From: a virus
Lineage: Duplodnaviria > Caudoviricetes
Length of the DNA stretch: 64,000 nucleotides
IMG/VR virus record: IMGVR_UViG_3300011335_000826
Span: 1 to 64,000 of that record
Reading direction: 5' to 3' (one strand)
The translations under genes and the position numbers were made by a program. Of this stretch, positions 63,381 to 64,000 are shown in pieces. Below the pieces are notes generated by a model. That model was not told where the DNA came from. It saw only the letters and a program-made list of their open reading frames with translations, and did no database searches. The first letter of the stretch is position 1. Every line of letters starts with the position of its first letter.

Positions 63381-63773
63381 ATGACCATGCACATGTGCGG
63401 CCCTGCGCTGAGCCTCAACGGCAAGAAAAAGGGCAAGTTCAAATATCGTAATGCTGCTGAAGCCAAGAAGGCTCGCGAGCTTGATGCCGACTGGAAAGAA
63501 CTGCTCAAGCGTCAAGGTGTGGAGGCAGAAGCGAAGAAGCGTCGTCGTGCTCTAGCAGCAGAACCCTTGGTTTACAATTTAACTGGTGCTACAGATCGTG
63601 CAGGTACTGCTCACATTCCCAGTCTTGGCACAGGCGGAGGAGTTGCTGTGCTGGCGCCTGCCAAAGTGTATACAGGCACCAAAGTCAAGGGCATTGCCAC
63701 CATGCACAAGAGCAATGCTGTGCCTGTGTTCAGCGACGAAGAAGCAATTGATATTTCCAAGATGCGGCGATGA
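63381..63773 (+). CDS. Conserved basic hypothetical protein
   Basis: GGAG SD; YTGTKVKGIATMHKSNAVPVF motif. Confidence 0.75.
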   Translation: MTMHMCGPALSLNGKKKGKFKYRNAAEAKKARELDADWKELLKRQGVEAEAKKRRRALAAEPLVYNLTGATDRAGTAHIPSLGTGGGVAVLAPAKVYTGTKVKGIATMHKSNAVPVFSDEEAIDISKMRR

Positions 63774-64000
63774 GCGATAGTGAATCGACCGTCAAATGGA
63801 TATCTGAATTAGCAGAACGATGGATAACTGAACTCAACATGAAACGCATTGAAACTGGCTATGCTGAGATTCAACCTCGATATCCTTATTGGGTTCAGCC
63901 AGTCAACTACTCTCGTAAGGAGTGGGATGAGATGGGGGATTGGGTAGTGAAAACATTCGGCAACGGTGATTGGATGACCGAACATGGACTCTGGGTGGGC
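63770..64000 (+). CDS. Hypothetical protein, truncated by window end
   Basis: ATGA overlap; open to the end of the window. Confidence 0.55.
   Translation, partial: MSDSESTVKWISELAERWITELNMKRIETGYAEIQPRYPYWVQPVNYSRKEWDEMGDWVVKTFGNGDWMTEHGLWVG

Noticed and set aside
1-64000. CRISPR array or cas genes, which some jumbo phages carry
   Set aside because: No regularly spaced direct repeats; the repeated elements are isolated promoters.
1-64000. Stop-codon reassignment (TAG/TGA)
   Set aside because: Conserved genes are full length under code 11 and end at TAA, TAG or TGA at expected positions.

Overview
This is a 64 kb segment of a large T4-like (myovirus-type) jumbo bacteriophage genome read in genetic code 11. 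The host is probably a freshwater betaproteobacterium (Burkholderiales-like), inferred from the porin, PstS, phasin-like/DUF3563-like genes and IscU/IscA. The window holds virion genes (beta-helix tail fibre/spike, PAAR spike tip) and nucleotide and repair genes (nrdA, nrdB, glutaredoxin, ATP-dependent DNA ligase, UvsE, PD-(D/E)XK exonuclease). It also holds many host-like genes (iscU, iscA, clpX, clpS, two clpP, hsp20, pstS with Pho box, nadE, porin, phasin-like), glycan/small-molecule modification genes, and dense arrays of small early genes behind sigma70 promoters. Two promoter classes are visible: sigma70-type TTGAC(C/A)-17-TATAAT and T4-late-type TAAATA/TAAGTA. Best leads: (1) a GH7-like (Cel7) lipoprotein inserted between nrdA and nrdB; (2) a ROSE-like thermometer leader with a covarying upstream hairpin shared by hsp20 and a phasin-like gene that also has a PhaR-like inverted-repeat operator; (3) a ~160-nt structured ncRNA candidate behind its own promoter; (4) a PvuII-like nuclease + second nuclease + N4C/N6A methyltransferase locus; (5) an amidinotransferase/UDP-sugar dehydrogenase/oxygenase/GT10-like cluster; (6) apparently leaderless late mRNAs. 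All family assignments come from motif recognition by eye; no database searches were run. No tRNA or CRISPR array was found.
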